From assembly GCA_963767735.1 (NCBI GenBank), contig CAVYES010000005.1:384001-448000 (forward strand): a DNA stretch of 64,000 bases. The letters run 5' to 3'. This document shows, piece after piece, positions 1 through 9,522 of the stretch. The notes below the pieces were generated by a model. It searched no databases, was not told where the DNA came from, and saw only the letters and a program-made list of their open reading frames with translations. The DNA is from Candidatus Bathyarchaeota archaeon (lineage in GTDB: Archaea; Thermoproteota; Bathyarchaeia; Bathyarchaeales; Bathycorpusculaceae). The position numbers were made by a program, and so were the translations under genes. The first letter of the stretch is position 1; every line of letters begins with the position of its first letter.

Positions 1-16
1 CAAATAAAAGGTAATC

Positions 17-554
17 ATGCCAACTTTCAGCATAAAAACACCCAGCTTGGAAGATATGGTAAAATTCGGCAAGGCAATTGAGAATGAACAGATTCACGTC
101 TATTATATTCTTGGAGTAGTTAGCGCAATCCGTCCAGAGCACTTATTGAGATTAAGGGTAAAGCTGTTTGACAAAAACAACAACATGATTAATACATGGA
201 TGAAAACTTTCGGCAAAAAAACTTTTTCTTCTCATTCTACACGGCAGAGACTAAAACATTGATTGAGGAATTCATAAGCCATATACCTGATAATCAAGTG
301 CTTTTCCCGATTGGCAAACGCTATATTTGCAAAGAATCGAAAAGGCATCTAACAAAAGCGGTGTTAAAATCGTGCCTAAAATGATGCGTAAATTCACTAC
401 TAACTGGTTTAGAAGGCATGGCATGATTGAGGAAGACGTTAACGTTATTACTGGTCACACTCCGCAATCAATCATAGCTAAATATTACATGGACGTTTCA
501 CGCATTCATGAAGAATATGACCGAGCCACAACAGACTTGAAACTTCTTTCCTAA
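17..554 (+). CDS. Tyrosine recombinase/integrase catalytic (C-terminal) region, split over three frames
   Basis: ORFs 17..262, 196..384 and 327..554 join into one protein with box I Arg (SAIRPEHLLRL) and box II (KMMRK...ITGH...KYY). The first shift lies at an A/T homopolymer, so sequencing error is possible. The 5' part probably lies upstream of the window. Confidence 0.7.
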
Positions 555-677
555 TCTTTTCTTTTTTTAACCTATTTTTATGTTTAGCTTTCGATTGTAA
601 CATTGTTGCTACATATTGAAACGACATAATCTATATACCATCCATGAGCTGTACTTTACGGTACGAGATAATCTAAA

Positions 678-818
678 GTGGCTGAATGCCCTTATTGTCA
701 TAAAGAAGTTTTAAAACCTCAAAAAACATTAGAGAATAGGGTTTTCCTAATCGAAGCCTATACGTGTAATGAATGCAAGGGCAAATTTAAGATAGCAAAA
801 GAATTCACAATATGCTGA
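678..818 (+). CDS. Small Zn-ribbon protein (46 aa), Cren7-like size and architecture
   Basis: Not in the ORF track; translated manually from GTG: MAECPYCHKEVLKPQKTLENRVFLIEAYTCNECKGKFKIAKEFTIC*, two CxxC pairs. Confidence 0.6.
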   Translation: MAECPYCHKEVLKPQKTLENRVFLIEAYTCNECKGKFKIAKEFTIC

Positions 819-854
819 ACAGTTGATTAATTTCTATAAGTATTAACATCTTAA

Positions 855-874
855 GGCTGGGCAATAGCCCAGCC
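855..874. other. Perfect 8-bp GC-rich hairpin
   Basis: GGCTGGGC-AATA-GCCCAGCC just downstream of the small Zn-ribbon ORF. Confidence 0.4.
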
Positions 875-1502
875 AACTAAAGCCCATTTTATCACTTAAA
901 AAATAGTGCGTTTCTCGCTTATAACGCGTGTCATGGAATCATAATACTTAATCATGGCTGTTCGCGCCTAAATCATTGATTTAACATGGTGTTATCAATC
1001 TCCAGATTCATCGATTTGAACGACTTAGCTAAATGATTAATTAATGCAAAGCGCGCAAAATTGGCGCGCAATTTGCAAAACAACTCCTCTGCTGGTTCAC
1101 ATTATCGACCAGCCAAACGCCAAAGCTCCGCCTCTTTGATAATTAGGGTAAAAAAATAAAGTGGTCTTTTTAGGCTATTGTTTTAGGCTGATTGCTGACA
1201 ATTGTGGCTAATTTTGCGCGAGCAGAGGTTTTTTCTTGAGGTAAGCAGCATAGAATCCACCCCGCAAACCAAAGCAAAATTACAAAAGGCAACACCAACT
1301 TTACGGGAAACCTGCTTTTACGATTTCGCGATAACATTTTTTTCCCTCAACTTCCTATGTGTATGCTTGCCCTTTTATATTGAATCTTAACAAAATATAT
1401 AGACTATAAAAATAGTCTGAATGAGCCGTTTAAGCGCCTTTTTGCGGTTTGGGTAAAAAATTTTTGTGGTAAAAAAATGAATGGTATTTTTTATTTTTAC
1501 AT

Positions 1503-1721
1503 TTGAATCGCCTTGAAGCTATGGCTATGCTGAAAGAATTAGTGGCTGGTAACTTGGTAAACCCCGATTATGTGAACATAGTACTAAGAGATGACAACAG
1601 TCATTACCAGATTCAAATTAAATGCGATTATAACAAGGAAGAGATAGAAGAGTACGAAAAAAAACAGTTGACTATAATGGTAGATAAAGAACGAAAATAT
1701 CTTGTCATTTATAGGCCGTAA
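1503..1721 (+). CDS. Small hypothetical protein
   Basis: 72-aa ORF with protein-like composition in an AT-rich intergenic context. Confidence 0.55.
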   Translation: MNRLEAMAMLKELVAGNLVNPDYVNIVLRDDNSHYQIQIKCDYNKEEIEEYEKKQLTIMVDKERKYLVIYRP

Positions 1722-2009
1722 ATATAGGCGGCAACGGTCTGATAATGTGCTTACAATTATAGATAGAGAGCTAGCCTTATGTCACCTAAAGGCTACACCA
1801 ACTTCAATTTTTTTATTATGAGCGGAAACACACGCCCGTGTCAAATAAAGAGAAACCCTGTCCAATTGAATAGGAAACATGGGCTTTTTGAATTCACACC
1901 ATAACATATATTTTTAATATGCAAGCTTGTTCGTTTAGAAATGGTGATTTAAACGGCTGCCGGTAACTGCATAAAAGCTACCCTTCGCTGGAAAGGGTCG
2001 TGATTTTTT

Positions 2010-2780
2010 ATGATTGACCAAAGCGCCGTTCTTTTATTTATTACAGTGGCGTTGGCTAGTGCGGTTGAAGCGACTGAGGCTTTGACCATTATTCTGGCTT
2101 CAGGTATTACTCGGGGTTGGCGTTCGACATTTGAAGGCTCATTACTTGCCATAGCTTGTTTGGCTGTGATTGTGGCGGTTGCTGGTACTGCACTGATTTA
2201 TTATGTTCCCCTTTATGCTCTGCGAGTCGTAGTGGGAACTCTTCTTCTTATCTTTGGGTTGCAGTGGCTCACAAAAGCCATACTGCGCCAAACAGGTTTC
2301 AAGGCTGCGCATGATGAACGAGACATATACAACAAAGAGGTAGCTTCTCTTTCCACGGGGAAAAAAGGGATTCTTCACGGGCAACGAGACTCTTTAGCTT
2401 TTGCCGTCAGCTTCAAAGGCGTGCTTTTAGAAGGCATGGAAGTCGTTATGATTGTTATCAGCTTTGGCTTAGCCAACGGAAGCCAAAATCAACTGGGAAC
2501 TGCCGCCCTCGCCGCCCTTTTCGCGGTTGCGGTTATGACGGCGATAGGCGTTGTGGTCGCGAAACCTCTGACTAAAGTACCTGAGAACTATATGAAGCTG
2601 GGTGTAGGTAACCTGCTAACTGTTTTTGGCCTCTTCTGGATGGGCGAAGGCGTCGGCGTCCAATGGCCCATGGGAGACATATTCATACTGGTACTTCTTG
2701 CCATAATATTTTTGGCAACATTGGGATTGGTTGCTTACTTCAAAAGAGTTCATGAAAGCCAAATGGAGACTAAGCCATAA
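2010..2780 (+). CDS. COG4280-type multi-pass membrane protein, possible metal transporter
   Basis: About 7 TM segments, with internally repeated ExxE motifs (AVEATEA and LLEGMEV). Confidence 0.75.
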   Translation: MIDQSAVLLFITVALASAVEATEALTIILASGITRGWRSTFEGSLLAIACLAVIVAVAGTALIYYVPLYALRVVVGTLLLIFGLQWLTKAILRQTGFKAAHDERDIYNKEVASLSTGKKGILHGQRDSLAFAVSFKGVLLEGMEVVMIVISFGLANGSQNQLGTAALAALFAVAVMTAIGVVVAKPLTKVPENYMKLGVGNLLTVFGLFWMGEGVGVQWPMGDIFILVLLAIIFLATLGLVAYFKRVHESQMETKP

Positions 2781-3049
2781 TGCCCTCTGATAAAAGGTTG
2801 AAGCAACCTTGGAAAGCTATCAGAGCCTTTTTTGCCTTCTGGAAGGACTTTTTAGTCGGCGATTCTCCAGTGCTGGCTTTAGGCGTGTTAATCATCTTAG
2901 GTGTCGCTTACCTTTTCCGTGGCTCCTCCATCTTGGCGCCAGGAATCGCCATTGTTCTGGTACTGGTTTTGATTACATTTGCAGTATGGCAAAAAACTAA
3001 GACACGACGCCAAAGTCCAGTTAACGAAAAAAAGACTCAAATAACATAA
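2780..3049 (+). CDS. Small 2-TM membrane protein coupled to the COG4280 gene
   Basis: TAATG stop/start overlap; FWKDFLVGD motif followed by hydrophobic helices. Confidence 0.65.
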   Translation: MPSDKRLKQPWKAIRAFFAFWKDFLVGDSPVLALGVLIILGVAYLFRGSSILAPGIAIVLVLVLITFAVWQKTKTRRQSPVNEKKTQIT

Positions 3050-3131
3050 ACTCTGCAGGTTAGTTTCGCAAAAAATCTGTCGCCTGTCAAGCTTATTAGG
3101 TACCTGCCACAGAAACTCCAATGGGGACATC

Positions 3132-3497
3132 ATGAAAGATTACGACAACTTCTTCCTTCCAAGCGGTGACCTCAAGAAGGGCAAAGAGTTCTACCAAGAC
3201 CTGTTAGGCTTGCAGGTTAAGTTTGATTTCTCAGACATGGGCATGATTGCCTTCAAAGTCGGCGACAACGAACCCGCCATTATCCTGAAAGACACAAGCA
3301 AGTTCCCAGAGACAAAGCCGACAATTTGGTTTGTCGTGGACAGCGTGCAGGAAGAGTACAAGCGGCTAAGCGCCAAAGGCTTGAAGTTCATGTCCAAGCC
3401 GTTCGAGATTCACACGGGCATGGCGGTTGAATTCGAAGACCCCTATGGCAACAGACTAGGACTAACAGATTACTCTAAAGGTTCCGCTAAAATCTAA
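3132..3497 (+). CDS. VOC/glyoxalase family protein
   Basis: FYQDLLGL, IWFVVDSV and FEDPYGNRLGL motifs. Confidence 0.9.
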   Translation: MKDYDNFFLPSGDLKKGKEFYQDLLGLQVKFDFSDMGMIAFKVGDNEPAIILKDTSKFPETKPTIWFVVDSVQEEYKRLSAKGLKFMSKPFEIHTGMAVEFEDPYGNRLGLTDYSKGSAKI

Positions 3498-3819
3498 TTC
3501 TGGATTAAAACAAGGCTGTCTAAAAATGGATGAAAAAAAGAAAACAAATTAAAAAAGAAATGGCACGGGCAAAAAACAAGTAAAAGCTTTCAAGTGGAAA
3601 AACAGCAATTTGGCTTTTGAGGGGCATGTCGGAGCTAATGTAGGTCAGTAATGGAGAGACATTCTTTAAAAAACATGCTAAAAAAAATTAAGAGCCTCTT
3701 AATCGGTAGGTATTGGTTAAGTCCTTGTTAACTGGTTACTCTTAAAATACGTCTATAGGCGAAAATACACCCTAGCCATAAAATCGTGGCTTTACCTCTG
3801 ACTGTTAAAGGCGAGAAGT

Positions 3820-4251
3820 GTGAACAATAAGTCAAAGGCAAATGTCGTTGTTATTTCATTTTTTATAGCATTTGCCGTATTAATTTTAATATCTATGGCT
3901 TTTTCGGGTGCGACCCCTGCGCCAGGGCCTGTAATACAAGAAAGCCTGAATCTTCAAGTTCAAGGGGTCTCACAAAATAGTAGTTACTGTAACGTCGCTT
4001 TATCGATACTTAATACGAGCCCCAGTTCGGTAAGATTGACGAAGATCCAAATGCATGGAACAAGCGTTGTGACCTTCATCAATGGCACAGAAATTATTGA
4101 TCCACGCCAAATGAGCTTCGGTCTTAAGAGCGGTGATACTCTCCAAGTCAATCTAATAGCTCCAATTGCTAACTACACACCAAATGCGACCGTGGGCATA
4201 ACAGTTTACACACCACAGGCACAATATTACGAAGAAACTAACTTGCCCTAG
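3820..4251 (+). CDS. Membrane-anchored/secreted Ig-like hypothetical protein
   Basis: N-terminal hydrophobic helix, beta-rich remainder, several NxS/T sequons. Confidence 0.6.
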   Translation: MNNKSKANVVVISFFIAFAVLILISMAFSGATPAPGPVIQESLNLQVQGVSQNSSYCNVALSILNTSPSSVRLTKIQMHGTSVVTFINGTEIIDPRQMSFGLKSGDTLQVNLIAPIANYTPNATVGITVYTPQAQYYEETNLP

Positions 4252-4351
4252 CGCGTCTGTCTGCGAATATACACCAGGCAAAGCTCGCACAAGATACGAA
4301 GCCCCTTCACTCGCCTTGACCAATAGGCAAGGTTTTTACGTGCTCCTCCAC

Positions 4352-6013
4352 ATGGTAACTCGACGTGCCTTGCCCCAAAAAAACGCACCTTGGTTTAACT
4401 CGTGGCCCACCCAAGTGCCAAAACACATTGAGTTCCCACAGGTTCCTCTCCAAGAAATCCTTCACAAAAGCGCCAATGAATTTCCCCAAAAAACTTCAAT
4501 AGCTTATGGCGGGCGCGAAATCACTTATGCCCAGTTGGAGCTTCTTTCAAGCCAATTCGCTAATTCCCTTGTTAAGTTAGGCGTGAAAAAAGGCGATCGA
4601 GTTGCAATTTTTCTCCCCAATATTCCTCAGTTCATTATTGCCTATTTTGGAACGCTTGGAACAGGAGCGGTTGTAACGGCCATAAGCCCTCTGCATCGAG
4701 AGCGTGAAGTTGAGTATCAACTGAACGATTCAGGCTCGCAAACTATTGTGGCACTGGATTTGCTTTATCCAATTATATCTAAAGTTAAGGGAAAAACTAT
4801 GCTCAAAAACGTTATATTGACAGGCTTAGATGAGTTTTGCTATAAGAAAACCCGTCCTCCAGCAATTCCGAACACTTTTGCTTTTCAGGATTTATTAGAA
4901 AAAAACTCATGTGACTCACTAAACGTGCAGTTGAATCCGCGCGAAGACTTGGCAGTATTGCAGTACACGGGCGGCACCACTGGGATAGCTAAAGGCGCCA
5001 TGCTGACCCACACCAACCTAGTTTCTAACACGTTAGCCTTCGCCGCTTGGATACGGGGCACAACTGCCCAAGAAACCTTCCTGACAGCGCTGCCTCTCTT
5101 CCATATCTACGGCATGACAACAAGCATGACTGTGCCCATTAGCTTAGCGGCAAAAATGGTTCTTACGGCGAAGTTTGAGCCAGCTAAAGCCTTGGAAGCA
5201 ATCCAGACGCATAAGGTAACGGTTTTCTGTGGCGTCCCAACCATGTACTCGGCGCTGCTCTCCAACTCTGATCTCGGGAAATACGATTTAACCTCGATTC
5301 GCGTATGCATATCGGGCGCTTCACCGCTGCCGCCACAAATCCAAAAACAATTCATGCAAGTCACCGGCGGACTTTTGGCTGAAGGCTATGGGTTAACCGA
5401 GGCATCACCCGTTACCCACTGCAACCCCGTCGACAAGACAATGAAAACAGTGAAAGTTGGTTCAATCGGGTTGCCCCTGCCAGACACCGAAGCACGCATT
5501 GTTGATTTAGCGACGGGCGAAAAAACGTTGGCGCAAGGCGGAACTGGCGAGCTTGCCGTGAAAGGGCCACAAGTCATGAAGGGCTACTGGCAAAGACCCA
5601 AAGAAACCGCCGCTGTGCTGCGTGATGGGTGGCTTCTCACAGGCGACATTGCATACATGGACAAAGACGGCTACTTTTACATTACTGACCGCAAAAAAGA
5701 CCTCATAAAATACAAGGACTACAGCGTTTACCCACGCGAGCTCGAAGACATCTTCTACGAGCACCCAGCCATAAAACTCTGCGCAGTCGTCGGCAAACCA
5801 GATCCAGCAGCGGGCGAAGTTCCGAAAGCTTTTATAGTGCTAAAAGAAGGCACGGCTGCATCAGCAGAAGAAATCATGGCTTTCGTCAACAACAAAGTGG
5901 CACCCTACAAGGCAGTCCGCGAGATAGAGTTCAGAGCTGAGTTGCCTATTAGTTCAGCAGGTAAGGTTTTAAGGCGTCTGCTGCAAGAAGAAGAAAAAGA
6001 AAGAGCAAAATAA
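4352..6013 (+). CDS. fadD: Long-chain fatty acid--CoA ligase
   Basis: AMP-binding motifs YTGGTTGIAKG, EGYGLTE, TGD and GKVLR. The ORF track starts at 4316; ATG 4352 is more likely. Confidence 0.9.
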   Translation: MVTRRALPQKNAPWFNSWPTQVPKHIEFPQVPLQEILHKSANEFPQKTSIAYGGREITYAQLELLSSQFANSLVKLGVKKGDRVAIFLPNIPQFIIAYFGTLGTGAVVTAISPLHREREVEYQLNDSGSQTIVALDLLYPIISKVKGKTMLKNVILTGLDEFCYKKTRPPAIPNTFAFQDLLEKNSCDSLNVQLNPREDLAVLQYTGGTTGIAKGAMLTHTNLVSNTLAFAAWIRGTTAQETFLTALPLFHIYGMTTSMTVPISLAAKMVLTAKFEPAKALEAIQTHKVTVFCGVPTMYSALLSNSDLGKYDLTSIRVCISGASPLPPQIQKQFMQVTGGLLAEGYGLTEASPVTHCNPVDKTMKTVKVGSIGLPLPDTEARIVDLATGEKTLAQGGTGELAVKGPQVMKGYWQRPKETAAVLRDGWLLTGDIAYMDKDGYFYITDRKKDLIKYKDYSVYPRELEDIFYEHPAIKLCAVVGKPDPAAGEVPKAFIVLKEGTAASAEEIMAFVNNKVAPYKAVREIEFRAELPISSAGKVLRRLLQEEEKERAK

Positions 6014-6049
6014 GCAGAGCGTAACAGGATTTTGTTTAGTTACTTTCTC

Positions 6050-6124
6050 TTTTCGGTAGCCATAGCTCGGTGGTGCGGTGCCCATAGTAAGGTTATTGGA
6101 GGTCCAAATCCGCCGAAGGCTCCA
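6050..6124 (+). pseudogene. Degenerate tRNA(Thr)-like remnant, left copy
   Basis: ~75 nt with TCGGTAGC at the 5' end, TAGTAAGG in the anticodon region, and a GGTCCAAATCCGCCGAAGGCTCCA 3' end resembling archaeal tRNA-Thr (...GGCT-CCA). Stems are broken. Confidence 0.5.
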
Positions 6125-6194
6125 TCTTCCTCTGTAACAAAAGCTTTCCCTGCTGCAAAAATGCATATATATGCATATGCACATAGAATTGTAT

Positions 6195-6425
6195 ATGACC
6201 AAGGTTATATCCCTCTCCAAAGAAGCATACCAGGTTCTAAAAGAATCAAAAAAACCCGGCGAGTCTTTTTCCGACGTTGTCCTAAGAATCGCAAAAAAGA
6301 AGAAAAAGAAGTCGCTGTTAGAGTTCTCGGGCAAATGGGCTGGCGATGATATTGATGAGGTTTTTGCCCAAGTATTGAAAGATAGAGAGCAAGCAACTTC
6401 TCGGAAGGTAGACTTTGATTCTTGA
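6195..6425 (+). CDS. vapB: VapB-type antitoxin (COG1753/DUF217-like)
   Basis: MTKVISLSKEAYQVLKESKKPGESFSDVVLR signature; overlaps the downstream PIN gene. Confidence 0.85.
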   Translation: MTKVISLSKEAYQVLKESKKPGESFSDVVLRIAKKKKKKSLLEFSGKWAGDDIDEVFAQVLKDREQATSRKVDFDS

Positions 6426-6804
6426 CACGAATGTACTGGTTGCTCTTCTAAAAGGAGAAGCCGACGCAGACAAAGCAATGCAAAACATAGATAAAAACGG
6501 CGAGCGAGCGGCCACCACAATGATTACGGTGTATGAACTTTTGAGGGGAGCATACATCTCTAATGAACTAGAAAAAAATTTGGCTGAGGTCCACGAACTG
6601 TTATCCAACATTGAGGTCTTAGATTTGACGGTGCAGGCATGCGAAGAAGCCTCAAAAATTCACCGCGACCTGAGGAAATCAGGTTACTTGATTGGCGAAT
6701 TCGACGTGCTTATAGCTGCAATCGCACGAGCAAATGCTGAACCAATAATGACGCGAGATGACCATTTCGCTCGCGTACAAGGAATAAACGTGGTTAAATG
6801 GTAG
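6415..6804 (+). CDS. vapC: VapC PIN-domain ribonuclease toxin
   Basis: ILDTNVL, YELLRG, FDVLIAAIA and TRDDHF: the PIN acidic tetrad. Confidence 0.92.
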   Translation: MILDTNVLVALLKGEADADKAMQNIDKNGERAATTMITVYELLRGAYISNELEKNLAEVHELLSNIEVLDLTVQACEEASKIHRDLRKSGYLIGEFDVLIAAIARANAEPIMTRDDHFARVQGINVVKW

Positions 6805-6834
6805 CAGCAAAGTTTTGCTTCAGTAACTAGTAAT

Positions 6835-6866
6835 GGTCGCGGTTCCAAATCCTGCCAAAGGCTCCA
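6835..6866 (+). repeat. Degenerate tRNA(Thr)-like 3' end, right copy (att-like direct repeat)
   Basis: GGTCGCGGTTCCAAATCCTGCCAAAGGCTCCA aligns with 6101..6124. Confidence 0.6.
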
Positions 6867-6944
6867 ATCTACTCTTCTTTTAGCTTTGGGAGTCGAAATG
6901 TATAAGAGAAAATTTATGTTTTGAAATAGCTACGGTTCCTGTCT

Positions 6945-9227
6945 TTGCGCGTAAAAATTAACGTTACAGGTATTGTTCAAGGCGTCGGTTTCCGCCCATT
7001 CATCTACCGCACGGCAGTGCAAAACGGTTTGGCAGGGTACGTTCGCAACCGGGGCGACGCTGGAGTAGAAATTCTCTTGGAAGGAGACGTCCAAGGCATC
7101 CAAAATTTTATGCATGATTTGACGGAGAAGAAGCCGCCCCTAGCGCAAATTGACGCAGTAAAATCAACTGAGCTTTCTGGCAAAAACGAGTATGACGAAT
7201 TTACGATTTACAAAAGTTCCCAAGAAATGGAGCTTTCAGGCTCAATTATACCTCCAGACATTGCCATATGCGACGAGTGCCTAGCGGAGTTGCGTGACCC
7301 AAAAAACCCACGCTACGAATACTTCTTTATCACCTGCACCAATTGCGGCCCCCGCTTCACAATCATCGAGCGGTTGCCCTACGACCGAGAAAACACCACC
7401 ATGCGCGAGTTTCCACTATGCGGTTTTTGCCTAAAAGAATATGAGGATCCAGCAAACAGGCGTTTTCACGCGCAAACCGTTGCTTGCCCAACCTGCGGTC
7501 CAAAAGCTTACTTAACAACAAAAACGGGCGAACCAATCAAAGCCAAAGACCCGGTACATGAGGCGGGAAAACTACTGTCCGAAGGCAACGTGCTTGCAAT
7601 AAAGGGGTATGGCGGCTTCCACATTGCAGCCTCAACCATGCAAGAGAAGCCTTTGGAGGTGCTTCGAGCAACGAAGCATAGGCGCGAAAAACCCTTCGCC
7701 ATCATGGCAAAAAGCCTGGAGGCGGCTAAAAGCTTCGCCGAAGTAAGTTCGAAGGAGCAAGAACTGCTCTCTTCCCCACAAAGCCCAATAGTGCTGCTAA
7801 GCAAAAACCGCCGCTACAATCTTTCCCCTCTGGTTGCGCCGAACTTGCACAACGTCGGCGTCATGCTGCCCTACACTGGCTTGCACTACATGCTTTTCGA
7901 CCAAGTTGATGACTTATCGTTTGTGATGACCAGCGCTAACCCGCCGAACCAACCTATCGTGAAAGACAACAATGAAGCACTCAACACGCTGGGTGGCACC
8001 GTGGATTATTTTTTGTTTCATAACCGCAACATAGCCCATCGATGCGACGACTCAGTGATGCGTGCTCATGGGGGTCGTCAAGTGTTTCTTAGGCGAAGCC
8101 GAGGTTACGCTCCAGCGCCGGTCAGGCTTAAAGCTAAAGCGAAACGGTGCGTTGTCGGTTTAGGGGGCGAACTAAACAACACCGCTTGCGTGTTGCTTGA
8201 CGATAAAGCCTTCATCAGCCAACACATCGGCGATGTGGAAAACGTGGAAACCCGCGCGTTTCTTTTGGAAGCCACAAATCACCTCTACCAGCTAACCAAC
8301 TGCCACGCTGAAACCGTAGTTTGCGATTTGCACCCTAAATTCACCACAACTGCTTTAGCCCAGGAATTGGCGGAAGCGGATGGTTCAGCGCTGATTCAGG
8401 TGCAGCATCACCATGCGCACGCGGCTGGTTTAATGGCTGAACACGATGCGGAAGAGGCTGTCACTGTTGTTTGCGACGGCTATGGCTATGGAACTGACGG
8501 CGGGGCTTGGGGCGGCGAGGTCCTGTTTTGCACTCGTGAGTCGGCTGAGTTTAAGCGGCTTGGGCATCTGGAACCTCAACCGTTGCTCGGAGGAGATGTG
8601 GCTAGCCGTTACCCTTTGCGTCTAGCTGCTGGAATGCTCGCTAAAGCAGGCGTGGCGGTTGAGCCTTGGCTGAAGCAGAACAGTGCGCATTTGCCTTTCG
8701 GAGAAACAGAAGCCAACCTCATTCTAAGCCAACTTGCAAAAGGCATCGGAACGGTTCAAACTACAAGTTGCGGCAGAGTATTGGACGCAGTCTCAGCTGT
8801 TTTAGGCGTATGTTATGAGCGCACCTATGAGGGGGAACCAGCCATGAAACTGGAATCAGCCGCAATAGCGGGCAAAGATGTTTTGAACATAGCGCCCATC
8901 CTGGATGGCGACACGCTGGACACGGCGGTCTTGCTGAGGTTAATTTTTGAAAACAAACAAAAATTATCCGTTGGCGATTTAGCTTATTCTGCGCATGCTT
9001 ACTTGGCAAAAGGTCTAGGCTCCATAGCGGTAGCAAAAGCTTCAGCGCTTGGCGTTAGCGACGTTGGGTTTTCGGGGGGTGCTGCCTGCAACCAGATACT
9101 TGCAACAGTCATGCGCGAAGCCGTTGAGGCGGCGGGGCTGCGGTTTCTAGTTCATGAGGCTGTTCCCGCTGGGGATGGGGGCGTTTCGTTTGGTCAGGCA
9201 GTTGTAGGTGGGTTTTCTCGGTTTTAG
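6945..9227 (+). CDS. hypF: Carbamoyltransferase HypF
   Basis: Acylphosphatase domain (GIVQGVGFRPF), Zn fingers, QHHHAH and GDGGVSFGQ. Confidence 0.97.
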   Translation: MRVKINVTGIVQGVGFRPFIYRTAVQNGLAGYVRNRGDAGVEILLEGDVQGIQNFMHDLTEKKPPLAQIDAVKSTELSGKNEYDEFTIYKSSQEMELSGSIIPPDIAICDECLAELRDPKNPRYEYFFITCTNCGPRFTIIERLPYDRENTTMREFPLCGFCLKEYEDPANRRFHAQTVACPTCGPKAYLTTKTGEPIKAKDPVHEAGKLLSEGNVLAIKGYGGFHIAASTMQEKPLEVLRATKHRREKPFAIMAKSLEAAKSFAEVSSKEQELLSSPQSPIVLLSKNRRYNLSPLVAPNLHNVGVMLPYTGLHYMLFDQVDDLSFVMTSANPPNQPIVKDNNEALNTLGGTVDYFLFHNRNIAHRCDDSVMRAHGGRQVFLRRSRGYAPAPVRLKAKAKRCVVGLGGELNNTACVLLDDKAFISQHIGDVENVETRAFLLEATNHLYQLTNCHAETVVCDLHPKFTTTALAQELAEADGSALIQVQHHHAHAAGLMAEHDAEEAVTVVCDGYGYGTDGGAWGGEVLFCTRESAEFKRLGHLEPQPLLGGDVASRYPLRLAAGMLAKAGVAVEPWLKQNSAHLPFGETEANLILSQLAKGIGTVQTTSCGRVLDAVSAVLGVCYERTYEGEPAMKLESAAIAGKDVLNIAPILDGDTLDTAVLLRLIFENKQKLSVGDLAYSAHAYLAKGLGSIAVAKASALGVSDVGFSGGAACNQILATVMREAVEAAGLRFLVHEAVPAGDGGVSFGQAVVGGFSRF

Positions 9228-9276
9228 ACCAATTTCTTTTTATCGCCCTTTAATGCGTGTTTAATGATTGATAAGT

Positions 9277-9501
9277 ATGTGTTTAGCAATTCCTGCCAAA
9301 ATAATGAACCTTGACGGCAGCAAAGCCAACGTGGATTTTGGTCAAGGTGTACTGCGAGAAGTTAACGTGACGCTTGTTGACGCTAAAGTGGGCGATTACG
9401 TTCTGGTCCACGCAGGCTACGCTATTCAAGTTATCGAAGAAAAGGAAGCCTTAGAAACCCTCAGCCTCTGGAACAGCATCCTAGAAGCTACCCCAGAATA
9501 G
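9277..9501 (+). CDS. hypC: Hydrogenase maturation chaperone HypC
   Basis: MCLAIPAK N-terminus and GDYVLVHAGYA. Confidence 0.97.
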   Translation: MCLAIPAKIMNLDGSKANVDFGQGVLREVNVTLVDAKVGDYVLVHAGYAIQVIEEKEALETLSLWNSILEATPE

Positions 9502-9522
9502 ACAGCAGGTGAAGCGAGTGGC

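Noticed and set aside
1982-1993. 12-bp match CCTTCGCTGGAA with 13389..13400, and a possible metal/fluoride riboswitch before COG4280
   Set aside because: 12-mer matches are expected by chance in 64 kb, and I could not match the fluoride, yybP-ykoY or NiCo consensus.
3560-3570. TGGCACGGGC as a reverse tRNA 3' end
   Set aside because: Only 10 nt with no T-arm.
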